Of a stretch of 64,000 nucleotides of DNA, positions 30,272 through 41,056 are shown piece after piece. This stretch comes from Zancudomyces culisetae HAW-14-8 (Eukaryota > Fungi > Kickxellomycota). A model generated the notes under the pieces. It was not told the DNA's origin. It made no database searches and saw only the letters and a list, made by a program, of their open reading frames with translations. Position 1 is the stretch's first letter. Each line of letters opens with the position of its first letter. A program made the translations under genes and the position numbers. The DNA is taken from contig JBNJNM010000021.1 in the NCBI GenBank assembly GCA_052426225.1, positions 1,240,001 through 1,304,000 of the forward strand, given 5' to 3'.

Positions 30272-33200
30272 TGTCGGAATTTATTTTCCATTTGTCGGTC
30301 TTATCCGACTTTACTGCTTTCACTAGTATTATGTTTATTTACTACCAGTAAGCGGTAGGACCTTAGTTCTTTTGTTAATATTGTTTTATTATAATAAAGT
30401 GTATACTAAATACATATCCGAAAATAAGATGCTAAAAACATAGAAGAGAAAAAGCAGTGCTTAAATGCATTTTCCTCGTATATACTAATATATTAAAATA
30501 CTATGAATAATATAAAAACCATCCGAAATTAATTAATATTTGGGAAATGATGATTTACGCATAGTGAAAAACCTCATAGGTGAAAAGCACTAGGTAAATC
30601 ATCACATCTCACTCGCTATAACCCGAGTGAGACGCCCATCTGTCGATCTTTGATGCGACAGTTCTCCCCCCCCTTTAAGCGCGAATTGAAGGGTCGCGAA
30701 TTTGTTTGAATCTTCTAAGTCGAGTTTGCAGTCGTGGGCCTACATCTGGAATCATGTGCTCGGATTCGCGGTACAGTTTCAGGCTGTCTCCATTACACAG
30801 TTCTCTTCTTCCTGTGTTATCAGTAATTACATAAACCCCTTTGTTTAACTCCCTAGTAATTTGGTATGGTCCTTCCCATGTTTTGCCTAGCTTTAACTTA
30901 TCTCCTTCTACTAACCTAAGTACAGTATTACCAATATTAAATTTAAATATCTTTACTCTCTTATTATAGCTTTTTTCATCACGCTTTTTTGCTACTAGGT
31001 TATGCTGGTGAGCTAATTTTCTAAGTTCGGGTAATTGGTCGTTTATGGCTAAAATACGAGAATTGACTAGCTCTTCTTCGTTCTCTATCTCGCCATTATA
31101 TTTCCATGTTGTTGATAACTGTGGTTGAATTCCATATAGTAACTGTGCTGGACTATATTTAGTCGATTTGGATACCAATGTTCTTATTATCAATAATGAT
31201 TTCCAAAGAAAAAGATCCCAATTTTTCATGTCAGTCCTACATTGTTTCCGTAAAGTATTCTTAAGTGTCTGGTTTAACCTCTCTACCTGGCCGTTACTTT
31301 GCGGTCGGTAGGAGGTACTCGGAGTGTGTTCAACTCCTAACCAATTGAATACATTAGTGGTAGCCTCACTTACGAAGCCGGAGCCTCGATCGGTTATTAT
31401 CTGCTGCGGAATGCCATAATGCTGAATAATATGGTTCATGATGAAGCTGATAATTGTTTCACTGGTGATGTTAGAGACTGCTGCCGCTACAGGCCATTTT
31501 GTGCAATAATCTATTGCAGTCAAAATGTACCTATTGCCACTTTCTGTTACAGGTGAAATAGGACCCACGGCGTCTATGCCGAAAATTTCGAATGGTCTTG
31601 AGCTTATAATCGGTTCCAATTCATGTTTTCTAGATTTTCCTCCATCATAAAACTGACATGTATTACATGTTTTTACTACCTTCTCAACAACTTTGAATAA
31701 CCCTCTTCCACAGTATTTTTCGGTAACTCTTCTCAGTGTACTTCTAATGCCCTCATGACATTCGTCATGTATTTTCCTCACCTCTAACTCAACATTAACT
31801 TCATGTAATAATTCTTTGTACTGTTGTCCAACTTTCTTATAAAGCTTCCCTCCTTTGACTAAAACTTGTTTGGCTCTATTCCTTACTTTATTCCTGATTT
31901 CCGGTGTTGCATTGTGTGGATACTCTGAGGTGCTGATAAAATGTTTAATTGCTTCGTACCATGCCAAATCAATTGAATAAACTTCTAAGGGTTCCTCGTT
32001 TGCTACGGTTAAAGGATTACGTGATAAGATATCCGCTGGGTTTGTGCTACCCGCTATGTGTTCCAAGTCGTAATCATAGTTACGCAAAATCATGGCCCAC
32101 CGGGCCAGCCTACCTGTGATTTCTGCGCTGTTGAATAGTTGCATAAGTGATTTGTGATCGGTTCGTATTGTAAACCTGGTTCCCCAAATGTAGTACTTAA
32201 ATTTTGTCACAGCCCACACCACTGCAAGTCCTTCGAGGTGTGAGATGGAATAATTCTGTTCGTGAACGTTTGTGGTTCTGCTGATATATTCGATTGGTCT
32301 CTCACCAGTTGCAGTCATTTGTGATAAAATTGCGCCTATACCGTTTTTGCTTGCGTCTGTGGTTATGACAAATGGCTTTGTCCAGTCCGGATGTATTAGA
32401 ACAGGTGCTTCCATCAATGCCTGCTTCAAAATATTTAGTGACTCTTGTTTCTCATTGTCCCAACTCCATGCTGTATTTTTTCTTAATAATGTTGTAAGTG
32501 GTTTAGCGATGCTCGCAAAGTTGTTTACAAATTTACGGTAGTAACCTAATAATCCCAATACTGATTGTAATTCTTTAACATTAGTTGGTGCTATTATTTT
32601 ACTTATTGATTCAACTTTACTTTTACTGGTTGAAATTCCCTTGTCACTAATGTGGTGACCTAAATACTCGATTTCCCTTTTTCCAATATGACACTTGTCT
32701 CTATGCAGTTGGATTTTTTGCGTTTTAAATAGGTTAAATACTGTCCTAAGATCTTCTTTGTGCTGTTCTGGAGAGTCAGAAAACACAACTACATCATCTA
32801 CAAAAACTATTGCTGACTTCCACAAAACTGGGAACAGGACCTTCTCCATGGTCCTTTGAAACGTTGCCGGGCTGTTGGTTAAGCCAAACGGCATGACGTT
32901 ATAATGGAAGCTTCCGTGTCCTGGAATGGAGAACGCTGTCTTCTCTTTATCCTGTTCTCTTAATTTGATCTGCCAAAACCCACTCATGGCGTCAAGTGTG
33001 CTAAATATTCTAGCACCTGACAACGCCATGAATAGGTCTTCCACCGATGGGAGAGGGTATGCGTCTTTCTTGGTTATAGCATTAAGACGTCTGTAGTCTG
33101 TACAGATCCTCATCTTCCCGTTTTTCTTCCACACCACCACCAGTGGAGAACACCAATCCGATTGCGATGGTGATATGATTTTTTTTTCTTCCATGAGCTT

Positions 33201-35595
33201 AAGTTCCTTTTTAACTTCCTCTTGCAATGTTTTGGGTATTCTATAAGGTCGGAGCTTGATTGGATTATTATCAGTTAATGTAATTATATGTTCGGCTACT
33301 GTTGTTTGTGTTAGCTCTTGCAGATCACTTACAAAAATATCTTTATATTCTTCCAAAAGATCTGTATACATATTTTTTAAAATAATGTCTTCATCTGATT
33401 CACTTTGACATTCTTTTAATAAAAAATAGACCTCCGTTTCTTTGTGATTACTTAATTCGACTGGTATAAAAAGATTAAGCATTATGTGGATATCCGAATT
33501 TTCCAGAGGTAGTATTAACTTTGGAACTGAAAGATCAATTTTTACTTTATATTTTACGAGCCAATCGGTTCCTAAAATAAGCGCATCGTCATCACGGTTG
33601 ATAATCAGTAAGTTTATTGGAAAAGTTGTATCTGATATTTTTATAGGTACGTCATGTACAATACCCAGTACCGGATGGCGATTGCCGTCTGCTGTGATTA
33701 TAGACTGAGTACTTTTCTTGTCCGCCTCAATTCCACATTTATTTAATAATTTTAAAGTTATTATCGAGCATGCAGCTCCTGTATCGATTACGGCAGCCGC
33801 TACTACTCCAAAAATAGTTACTTTAACCTTACAGTTGGTGCTTTGCATGCTGTCAACGACTAACTCGTTAACGTCGGGCCGCCTTGCCGAAATTCCAAAC
33901 GTGTAAAACTCGTCGCACATTGCTGGAGAAATATCCAAAAGTTGAGGTAAGGATATTTTGATCTGTATTTTTTTCAACTCTTCGGCCAGTGAAAACTCGT
34001 TTTTACTAGCTGCTCTAATATTTGTGTTGTTATTAGTATCTGCAAGTAAGTTTGTTGGATCACTGGGTTCAATATTTTGCAATGAAACTTGTCCTTCTTG
34101 GTTATTATTTTTACTACGTTTTCCGCTTTCCCTCTGTGAACTTTCACTCTCTCTGCGGCGTTTCTCAAGTGCAAAAACTTCTTCATCAACGTTCCCCGCT
34201 TCTTCTACTAACTCCACTATATTCACATTTGGGTTAGTTACCTTTTGGTCCTCGCGGTTGTTTGTACCACCATTTCTTCTTCTGCACTCATATTTATTAT
34301 GCCCTCGTATTCCGCAAGATTCACACACAATCTTGTTATACTGTCCTTGTCTCCTATCACGTTCATCTCGCTCCTTGAACCTACACTCGATTAATTTATC
34401 TACGTCTGCATTAATATCTGCACGCTGTGCTGCAAATAATTTCTCCAACCTGCCTAGCAACCTGTCCTCAATCTTGCTTTCCAATTCTTCTTCTTTTATT
34501 TGCGTCTTCTCCATAACTGGCCCTACTGAAATTCCAGTATATCTTTGTGTACTGTCCTTAACGACAACTTTGTTCACTTGTTTTGTAGTTAAAAGGTTTT
34601 TAATCAGAACAAAAGCCTCTTCCCATGTTTTGGGATTGGTACTGTTTATTTGGGTTCTCAGTGATGTGTTAATTGTTCTTACAAAACAATTAAGTTTGTA
34701 GTCATCATCCTTAATTCCTGCCCTCTCAAATAACTCCTCTAACTCCCATTCAAACTCATCCATGTCCTGGTATTCGTCTAACTTCATTCCGTTGAGTTTC
34801 TCCCACACTGCATACTTGCTGTCCTCTTCTTTGAACTTGTTTGTAAACATTGTCTTAGTGGTTTCCCAGTTATTGAATTTTCCTTTGTACTTCCTAAACC
34901 AAATGGTCTCCTTGGTTCCTAAGTAAATGCGCATAAACTCCACTTTCTCTGTATCACTCCACCTGTTGTACGATGCTAATAACTCGTAGTCTTCAATCCA
35001 TTCTGTAGCATCCATCATGGATTTGGAATCAAATTTTGGTAACTGCATGATTTCTGGTCTCTTAGAATTGACAAATTCTCGTAGTGTCTTAGTATTGGTA
35101 ATACTTTCGACAACTGTGTGCTGGTTAATTAATACTTTATTATTATTTTTTGAATTTTTATTTTCTTTATTAAGATGTTTTTGGCTGTCCCCGGTCAAGC
35201 CCCCACTGTCGGAATTTATTTTCCGTTTGTCGGTCTTATCCGACTTTACTGCTTTCACTAGTATTATGTTTATTTACTACCAGTAAGCGGTAGGACCTTA
35301 GTTCTTTTGTTAATATTGTTTTATTATAATAAAGTGTATACTAAATACTAATCCGAAAATAAGATGCTAAAAACATAGAAGAGAAAAAGCAGTGCTTAAA
35401 TGCATTTTCCTCGTATATACTAATATATTAAAATACTATGAATAATATAAAAACCATCCGAAATTAATTAATATTTGGGAAATGATGATTTACGCATAGT
35501 GAAAAACCTCATAGGTGAAAAGCACTAGGTAAATCATCACATCTCACTCGCTATAACCCGAGTGAGACGCCCATCTGTCGATCTTTGATGCGACA
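30272..35595 (-). mobile_element. Full-length Ty3/Gypsy LTR retrotransposon A
   Basis: 389-bp LTRs at 30272-30660 and 35207-35595 (TG...CA, about 3 differences); PBS TGGGGGCTTGACCGGG (tRNA-Pro type) at 35205-35190; PPT 30661-30676; 4-bp TSD GTTG (30268-71 / 35596-99). Confidence 0.97.
30675..35048 (-). CDS. Gag-Pol polyprotein of element A (single ORF: CA, CCHC knuckle, PR, RT, RNase H, IN)
   Basis: CESCGIRGHNKYEC, IDTGA, FVDD, TTDAS, HHCC, IDAVGP/TDRG/GQVER, W.GPY. ATG 35048 chosen by similarity to the starts of elements B and C. Confidence 0.93.
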   Translation of the reverse strand: MQLPKFDSKSMMDATEWIEDYELLASYNRWSDTEKVEFMRIYLGTKETIWFRKYKGKFNNWETTKTMFTNKFKEEDSKYAVWEKLNGMKLDEYQDMDEFEWELEELFERAGIKDDDYKLNCFVRTINTSLRTQINSTNPKTWEEAFVLIKNLLTTKQVNKVVVKDSTQRYTGISVGPVMEKTQIKEEELESKIEDRLLGRLEKLFAAQRADINADVDKLIECRFKERDERDRRQGQYNKIVCESCGIRGHNKYECRRRNGGTNNREDQKVTNPNVNIVELVEEAGNVDEEVFALEKRRRESESSQRESGKRSKNNNQEGQVSLQNIEPSDPTNLLADTNNNTNIRAASKNEFSLAEELKKIQIKISLPQLLDISPAMCDEFYTFGISARRPDVNELVVDSMQSTNCKVKVTIFGVVAAAVIDTGAACSIITLKLLNKCGIEADKKSTQSIITADGNRHPVLGIVHDVPIKISDTTFPINLLIINRDDDALILGTDWLVKYKVKIDLSVPKLILPLENSDIHIMLNLFIPVELSNHKETEVYFLLKECQSESDEDIILKNMYTDLLEEYKDIFVSDLQELTQTTVAEHIITLTDNNPIKLRPYRIPKTLQEEVKKELKLMEEKKIISPSQSDWCSPLVVVWKKNGKMRICTDYRRLNAITKKDAYPLPSVEDLFMALSGARIFSTLDAMSGFWQIKLREQDKEKTAFSIPGHGSFHYNVMPFGLTNSPATFQRTMEKVLFPVLWKSAIVFVDDVVVFSDSPEQHKEDLRTVFNLFKTQKIQLHRDKCHIGKREIEYLGHHISDKGISTSKSKVESISKIIAPTNVKELQSVLGLLGYYRKFVNNFASIAKPLTTLLRKNTAWSWDNEKQESLNILKQALMEAPVLIHPDWTKPFVITTDASKNGIGAILSQMTATGERPIEYISRTTNVHEQNYSISHLEGLAVVWAVTKFKYYIWGTRFTIRTDHKSLMQLFNSAEITGRLARWAMILRNYDYDLEHIAGSTNPADILSRNPLTVANEEPLEVYSIDLAWYEAIKHFISTSEYPHNATPEIRNKVRNRAKQVLVKGGKLYKKVGQQYKELLHEVNVELEVRKIHDECHEGIRSTLRRVTEKYCGRGLFKVVEKVVKTCNTCQFYDGGKSRKHELEPIISSRPFEIFGIDAVGPISPVTESGNRYILTAIDYCTKWPVAAAVSNITSETIISFIMNHIIQHYGIPQQIITDRGSGFVSEATTNVFNWLGVEHTPSTSYRPQSNGQVERLNQTLKNTLRKQCRTDMKNWDLFLWKSLLIIRTLVSKSTKYSPAQLLYGIQPQLSTTWKYNGEIENEEELVNSRILAINDQLPELRKLAHQHNLVAKKRDEKSYNKRVKIFKFNIGNTVLRLVEGDKLKLGKTWEGPYQITRELNKGVYVITDNTGRRELCNGDSLKLYRESEHMIPDVGPRLQTRLRRFKQIRDPSIRA

Positions 35596-35597
35596 GT

Positions 35598-38500
35598 TGT
35601 CGTATTAGTTTTTATAGTATATGTATGGGCACTTTTTCCCACTGGGTTTTTCCCCATACATTTGTTTAATTATTAGTATTAATATCATTTAATTTTATTA
35701 ACGCATTTATATGTTTCAAAATAAATCAGTGTAATTTATCATGCGGATAAATTACACCAAACCACGTGTGTTAACACGGGGTAACGATGCTGTTTTGAGT
35801 GAACTGTTAACATGATAAGAAATGTAGGGGTAGAAAAGATAAACAACGCATCAATTAATAAAACATGTTTGAACAACAGAAGAACATGTTAGTGATTTCA
35901 AAACAATGTTGACATACAGAAAAACTATATAAACCCCAACTTTTCTTCACTTTTTGAAAGAAGCATCGAACTATTATTTAAATATCTTATTACTTTATAT
36001 ATATAATAAAACTTAATAAATAAATATTCACTAGTATACAAATAATAAAAATACTACATTTTGGTGATCCAGCCAGGACCAGGCTGACATAAAGCAGAAA
36101 ATGATTGGAAATTCTACCGCAGCAAAAAAGCTTATGGAGCCAGTACTATTCACAGGAGAAAGCAGAATTAACGTTGCCACATGGACCAGAAGATATGAAC
36201 TGTATGGAAGAAGTGAACAGTGGTCTGAAGAAGATCAAATTGACTATATGGAATTATTTTTGGATGGCAAGGCATTAAAATGGTATGAAAGGGAAAGACT
36301 TAGAGTAGGTACTTGGCCTGAGTTAAGGAATGAATTCATAAGGAAGTTTAGCAGCGTAGAATCAGACATAAGATCATGGAGAGAGCTTCAGCTATTAAGA
36401 CAGAACAGTACTGAGGAGCTAGAAGATTTCTTGTTCAAGATAGAATTACTATTTGAGAAATCAAATACAACCAACAATGAAATAAAATTCAAATGCCTGA
36501 TCAGTTCCTTAAGACCTGAATTTCAAGAAGAAATAATAAAATCAAGAGCAACTACATACAATGAAGCAGTTAGGGTCGCAACTGAAAAGGAAAACATGGA
36601 CAAACTATGCAAAATTAATATTACTAATGACAATGAAAATGAAGAAAATGGTAAAGAAATGAAGAAAATGATGAATGAAATTAAAGAAATGAAAAAGTAC
36701 ATAATGAAAACAACCAAAGAACATTTAGACCAAACGGATTCGGTGAAGAAACCGAGCAGAATGAGACTTTCGGAACAAGAAAAAGCAGAGTTACAAAGGA
36801 AAAATGCATGCTTTTTCTGTAGGGAAGAGGGTCACTACAGTTCTAAGTGCCCAAAAGGACCTTGGAACTTAAGGAATAATGACGAAAGGCAAAGTATTAA
36901 ACCACACACTTTGCAATTCATAGACAGGCAGATATCACCTTCAGCATCATCAGAGACCGGAGTTAAGATATCAGATGTTTATGTGTTGGATAAAATGTGG
37001 CAGGAATTAAACATAGTGGAAAAACGTAGATTATTAGAACAGGATCGCACCGAAAAACTAAAATCCATCAAACTGACAGATGACTTAAATGCAGAGACCA
37101 TACCTAAAAGCAGTAATGTTGACCAACCACTGACAGAAGTAGTAGATAATAAGAATATACTACCAAAAAAACAAGCACCTAAACAATCAATGATGGAAAT
37201 GAAATCCAACCAGCCAAACCAAGATTATTCTATACAAAGAGAGTTGGATAACATGAAAGCAAACATATCAGTATCACAATTGATAAAAGCTGCACCTATA
37301 GTAAGAAATGAGCTTAGCAGAATATTCAAAAATGCTGGTACAAGTAAGGATATAAGCACAGTAAAAAACAAGGAAACATCAAATTGCAAAGCAGTAGTAA
37401 CAGTAGGAACAATCAGCTGTAAAGCGGTAATTGACACTGGAGCCGCTTGCTGCGTAGTAACAAGACAAATGGCAAATAAACTTAAGTTGGAAGCGGACGT
37501 ACAAGTTAACGAGGTGATACTTACTGCAGACGGACAGCATCATCATATATCAAACATGATCGCCAATGTTCCTATTAAAATTATGGGCAAAAGGTTTAAC
37601 GGTAATCTGCTATTGATGGAGGGAAAGGATGAATCGTTAGTGCTGGGAACCGATTGGCTCAAAAAGCATGGAGCTATAATAGAAATGAATACGCTGGAGT
37701 TGTTATTACCATATAATCATGAGCAACTGGTGGTACCGTTGGAAATGCATAAAGATGCATGCAAATCTAGTAATGAAATGCTTATTGGAATTGCAAAAGA
37801 AGTATGCAGAGTGGAAAACAATAATCAAGAGGAAATTTTGGATCAGAGAATCAGAGAATTAGTATCAAAGAACAAGGACATCCTAGCAAAAGATCTGTCA
37901 GAGCTAACAAGCACTAATGTCGTAGAACACGAAATTGTAACAGATGGCAACAAACCCGTAAAGTCAAGGCCATACCGAGTTCCGCATGCAATGAAAGAAA
38001 TGGTCAGACAGGAGATCTATCGCATGAAGGAAGCTGGAATAATCGAGCCTTGTCAGTCAGACTGGTGTTCTCCAGTCGTGACTGTATGGAAAAAAAACGG
38101 TGGAATAAGAATCTGTTCAGATTACAGACGCTTAAATTCAGTTACACGCAAAGATCACTATCCCCTTCCGGTAATAGAGGATATATTTGAGGCTCTGGCA
38201 GGTGCATCAGTTTATAGCGTACTAGATGCAATGTCAGGATTCTGGCAAGTTCGAATCAGTGAGAAGGACAAGTTAAAAACAGCGTTCTCTTTTCCAGGCG
38301 AAGGTCTTTATTGCTATAACGTAATGCCGTTTGGCCTTTCTAATAGCCCCGCAACATTCCAAAGGCTAATGGAAAAAGTATTGGACTCAGTTTTATGGAA
38401 ATCTGTTGTTGTTTTTATTGACGATATAGTTGTTTTTTCAGAAAACTTAGATATACATTTAAAAGACCTCGATAATGTTTTTGAATTATTGAGAAAGGCA

Positions 38501-41050
38501 AGAATAAAGCTTAATTATGCTAAATGCGTTTTCGCCCAGAAACGCATTGAGTATTTAGGCCACATCATAAGTGGTGAAGGGATAGAAACAAATCCAAAAA
38601 AAACTGAGGCAGTAGCAAAACTCTCCTATCCTACTACAGTTAAGGAAGTACAAAGTTTTCTGGGTATGACAGGATATTACAGAAAGTTTGTCAAGAATTA
38701 TGCATCAATTACTAGACCTTTAACGCAACTATTGAGAAAAGATGTAACTTGGCATTGGAGTGAAGAATGTACACAAGCAGTAGACAAACTCAAGACACTA
38801 CTGAAAGAAGCCCCTATTCTGAGACACCCATCATGGGACAAGACCTTCACGATAACAACTGATGCCTCTGCAAATGGACTAGGCGCCATTCTTAGCCAAA
38901 CAGAAAGCGGCAAAGAGCATCCAATAGCGTACGCAAGTAGGTCACTTACTAAACCAGAAAGAAACTACTCTGCAACACATCTAGAAGGACTTGGAGTTAT
39001 CTGGGCTGTTAATCACTTCAGGAATTACGTCTGGGGAAAAAGATTTAAAATAGTCACAGATCATTCAGCCTTAATTAATTTATTTCACTCAAAGCAAGCT
39101 ACAGGGAGACTAGCTAGATGGGCTCTCATTTTGAAAGAATATGATTTTGAAATAAGTCACAGAAAGGGCACGTTAAATCCTGCTGACTATCTGTCCAGGG
39201 CAACACCTAATGATAAACAAGAATTCAAGCAGGAAGAGGTTGAAGAAGAATGCATAACATTATTCAGCATGGAAATTAACAAACATAATGCCCTAAAACA
39301 ATACTTGAATGATCGCACATATCCAAATTTAGCCGATGAAGAAGCAAAAAGAAAAATTCGTTTACACGCCACAAGGTACATTTTAAAAGACGGAGTACTA
39401 TTTGCACATAGCAAAAAGTTTGGGCTAAGAGAAGTATTATCTGAAGAAAATGCTTATCTGAAGATCAAGGATTTGCATAATCATGACCATACTGGTATCT
39501 CCAATACATGGGAGAAGGTCAAGTTAATGTTCACCGGTCCAAATACGTTTGAGATAGTAAAAAAAGTAGTTAACTTTTGCGAGGTATGCCAAAGATTTAA
39601 AGGAGGACCTAAGAGAAGAAACGAAATGGTTCCAATTACAGCCTCAGAGCCATTCGAAATTTTAGGTATAGATGCAATCGGTCCCATTTCCCCAGTTTCG
39701 AGGGATGGAAACCGTTACATCATAACAGCCATGGATTACTATACTAAATGGCCAATTTCAAAGGCAGTAGAAAATATCCAAACAGAAACAATAGTCCACT
39801 TCTTAGTCTATGATGTTATTATGAATCACGGTGTCCCTAGGAAGTTGATATCTGATAGAGGGTCCGGGTTCATAAGTGAAATTGCAGATGAGTTCTATAA
39901 GTTTGTAGGTATAGAACATCATCCTACTACGTCCTATCGCCCACAGTCCAACGGCCAAGTTGAAAGATTTAACCAAACGTTAAAAAATGTCCTATCTAAG
40001 TTGTGCTGGAAAGATAAAGAGAATTGGGACAGATATCTATGGAGAGCAATGTTGATTGCTCGCACAATGAAACACCGAATTTTAGGTGTATCCCCGTCCA
40101 AAATGCTTTACGGGAGCAATATAAGAACCCCAGTTACGTGGACTTCTGAAGTTACTAATGAAAATGAAAAAGAAGCATTTAAAAAAAGGTTTAAGTTTGT
40201 AGAAGTCAACATCCCAGTATTAAGAGATCTAGCATCACAAAAGATAATCAAAAACAAGGAATATGAAGTCCAAAGATACAATAAGAAAGTAACAGTTTTC
40301 AAGTTCAAGTTACTAGATAAAGTACTTAAGAAAGTGGAAATGCCCACTTCAAAGTTTTCAGCAATATGGGAAGGTCCATATACTATAGTTAGAGTACTAG
40401 ACAAAGGTACTTACATTATTAGAGATGAGGATAATAACCTGGATCAAGTGAATGGTGACAGACTAAAGAAATACAGAGAATCCGAAAATATGATTCCAGA
40501 TGTGGCACCAAGTACATTAAAGCCAGTATTAAGAAGATATAAAGACCATCCTTATTCGAATCGGGACGATCGAAGTTTAGGAGGGGGTCTGTCGTATTAG
40601 TTTTTATAGTATATGTATGGGCACTTTTAGCCACTGGGTTTTTCCCCATACATTTGTTTAATTATTAGTATTAATATCATTTAATTTTATTAACGCATTT
40701 ATATGTTTCAAAATAAATCAGTGTAATTTATCATGCGGATAAATTACACCAAACCACGTGTGTTAACACGGGGTAACGATGCTGTTTTGAGTGAACTGTT
40801 AACATGATAAGAAATGTAGGGGTAGAAAAGATAAACAACGCATCAATTAATAAAACATGTTTGAACAACAGAAGAACATGTTAGTGATTTCAAAACAATG
40901 TTGACATACAGAAAAACTATATAAACCCCAACTTTTCTTCACTTTTTGAAAGAAGCATCGAACTATTATTTAAATATCTTATTACTTTATATATATAATA
41001 AAACTTAATAAATAAATATTCACTAGTATACAAATAATAAAAATACTACA
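35598..41050 (+). mobile_element. Full-length Ty3/Gypsy LTR retrotransposon B
   Basis: 461-bp LTRs at 35598-36058 and 40590-41050 (2 differences seen); PBS TGGTGATCCAGCCAGGA at 36062 (probably tRNA-Arg); PPT TAGGAGGGGG before 40590; TSD ATGT at 41051-54, with the left copy displaced to 30266-69 by element A. Confidence 0.97.
36101..40600 (+). CDS. Gag-Pol polyprotein of element B (single ORF, 1499 aa)
   Basis: CFFCREEGHYSSKC, IDTGA, FIDD, TTDAS, integrase DDE core, WEGPY. Confidence 0.95.
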   Translation: MIGNSTAAKKLMEPVLFTGESRINVATWTRRYELYGRSEQWSEEDQIDYMELFLDGKALKWYERERLRVGTWPELRNEFIRKFSSVESDIRSWRELQLLRQNSTEELEDFLFKIELLFEKSNTTNNEIKFKCLISSLRPEFQEEIIKSRATTYNEAVRVATEKENMDKLCKINITNDNENEENGKEMKKMMNEIKEMKKYIMKTTKEHLDQTDSVKKPSRMRLSEQEKAELQRKNACFFCREEGHYSSKCPKGPWNLRNNDERQSIKPHTLQFIDRQISPSASSETGVKISDVYVLDKMWQELNIVEKRRLLEQDRTEKLKSIKLTDDLNAETIPKSSNVDQPLTEVVDNKNILPKKQAPKQSMMEMKSNQPNQDYSIQRELDNMKANISVSQLIKAAPIVRNELSRIFKNAGTSKDISTVKNKETSNCKAVVTVGTISCKAVIDTGAACCVVTRQMANKLKLEADVQVNEVILTADGQHHHISNMIANVPIKIMGKRFNGNLLLMEGKDESLVLGTDWLKKHGAIIEMNTLELLLPYNHEQLVVPLEMHKDACKSSNEMLIGIAKEVCRVENNNQEEILDQRIRELVSKNKDILAKDLSELTSTNVVEHEIVTDGNKPVKSRPYRVPHAMKEMVRQEIYRMKEAGIIEPCQSDWCSPVVTVWKKNGGIRICSDYRRLNSVTRKDHYPLPVIEDIFEALAGASVYSVLDAMSGFWQVRISEKDKLKTAFSFPGEGLYCYNVMPFGLSNSPATFQRLMEKVLDSVLWKSVVVFIDDIVVFSENLDIHLKDLDNVFELLRKARIKLNYAKCVFAQKRIEYLGHIISGEGIETNPKKTEAVAKLSYPTTVKEVQSFLGMTGYYRKFVKNYASITRPLTQLLRKDVTWHWSEECTQAVDKLKTLLKEAPILRHPSWDKTFTITTDASANGLGAILSQTESGKEHPIAYASRSLTKPERNYSATHLEGLGVIWAVNHFRNYVWGKRFKIVTDHSALINLFHSKQATGRLARWALILKEYDFEISHRKGTLNPADYLSRATPNDKQEFKQEEVEEECITLFSMEINKHNALKQYLNDRTYPNLADEEAKRKIRLHATRYILKDGVLFAHSKKFGLREVLSEENAYLKIKDLHNHDHTGISNTWEKVKLMFTGPNTFEIVKKVVNFCEVCQRFKGGPKRRNEMVPITASEPFEILGIDAIGPISPVSRDGNRYIITAMDYYTKWPISKAVENIQTETIVHFLVYDVIMNHGVPRKLISDRGSGFISEIADEFYKFVGIEHHPTTSYRPQSNGQVERFNQTLKNVLSKLCWKDKENWDRYLWRAMLIARTMKHRILGVSPSKMLYGSNIRTPVTWTSEVTNENEKEAFKKRFKFVEVNIPVLRDLASQKIIKNKEYEVQRYNKKVTVFKFKLLDKVLKKVEMPTSKFSAIWEGPYTIVRVLDKGTYIIRDEDNNLDQVNGDRLKKYRESENMIPDVAPSTLKPVLRRYKDHPYSNRDDRSLGGGLSY

Positions 41051-41056
41051 ATGTTG

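Noticed and set aside
35049-35258. 70-codon N-terminal extension of the element A ORF
   Set aside because: It starts at a non-ATG codon inside the LTR and runs through the PBS; similarity to B and C gag begins at ATG 35048
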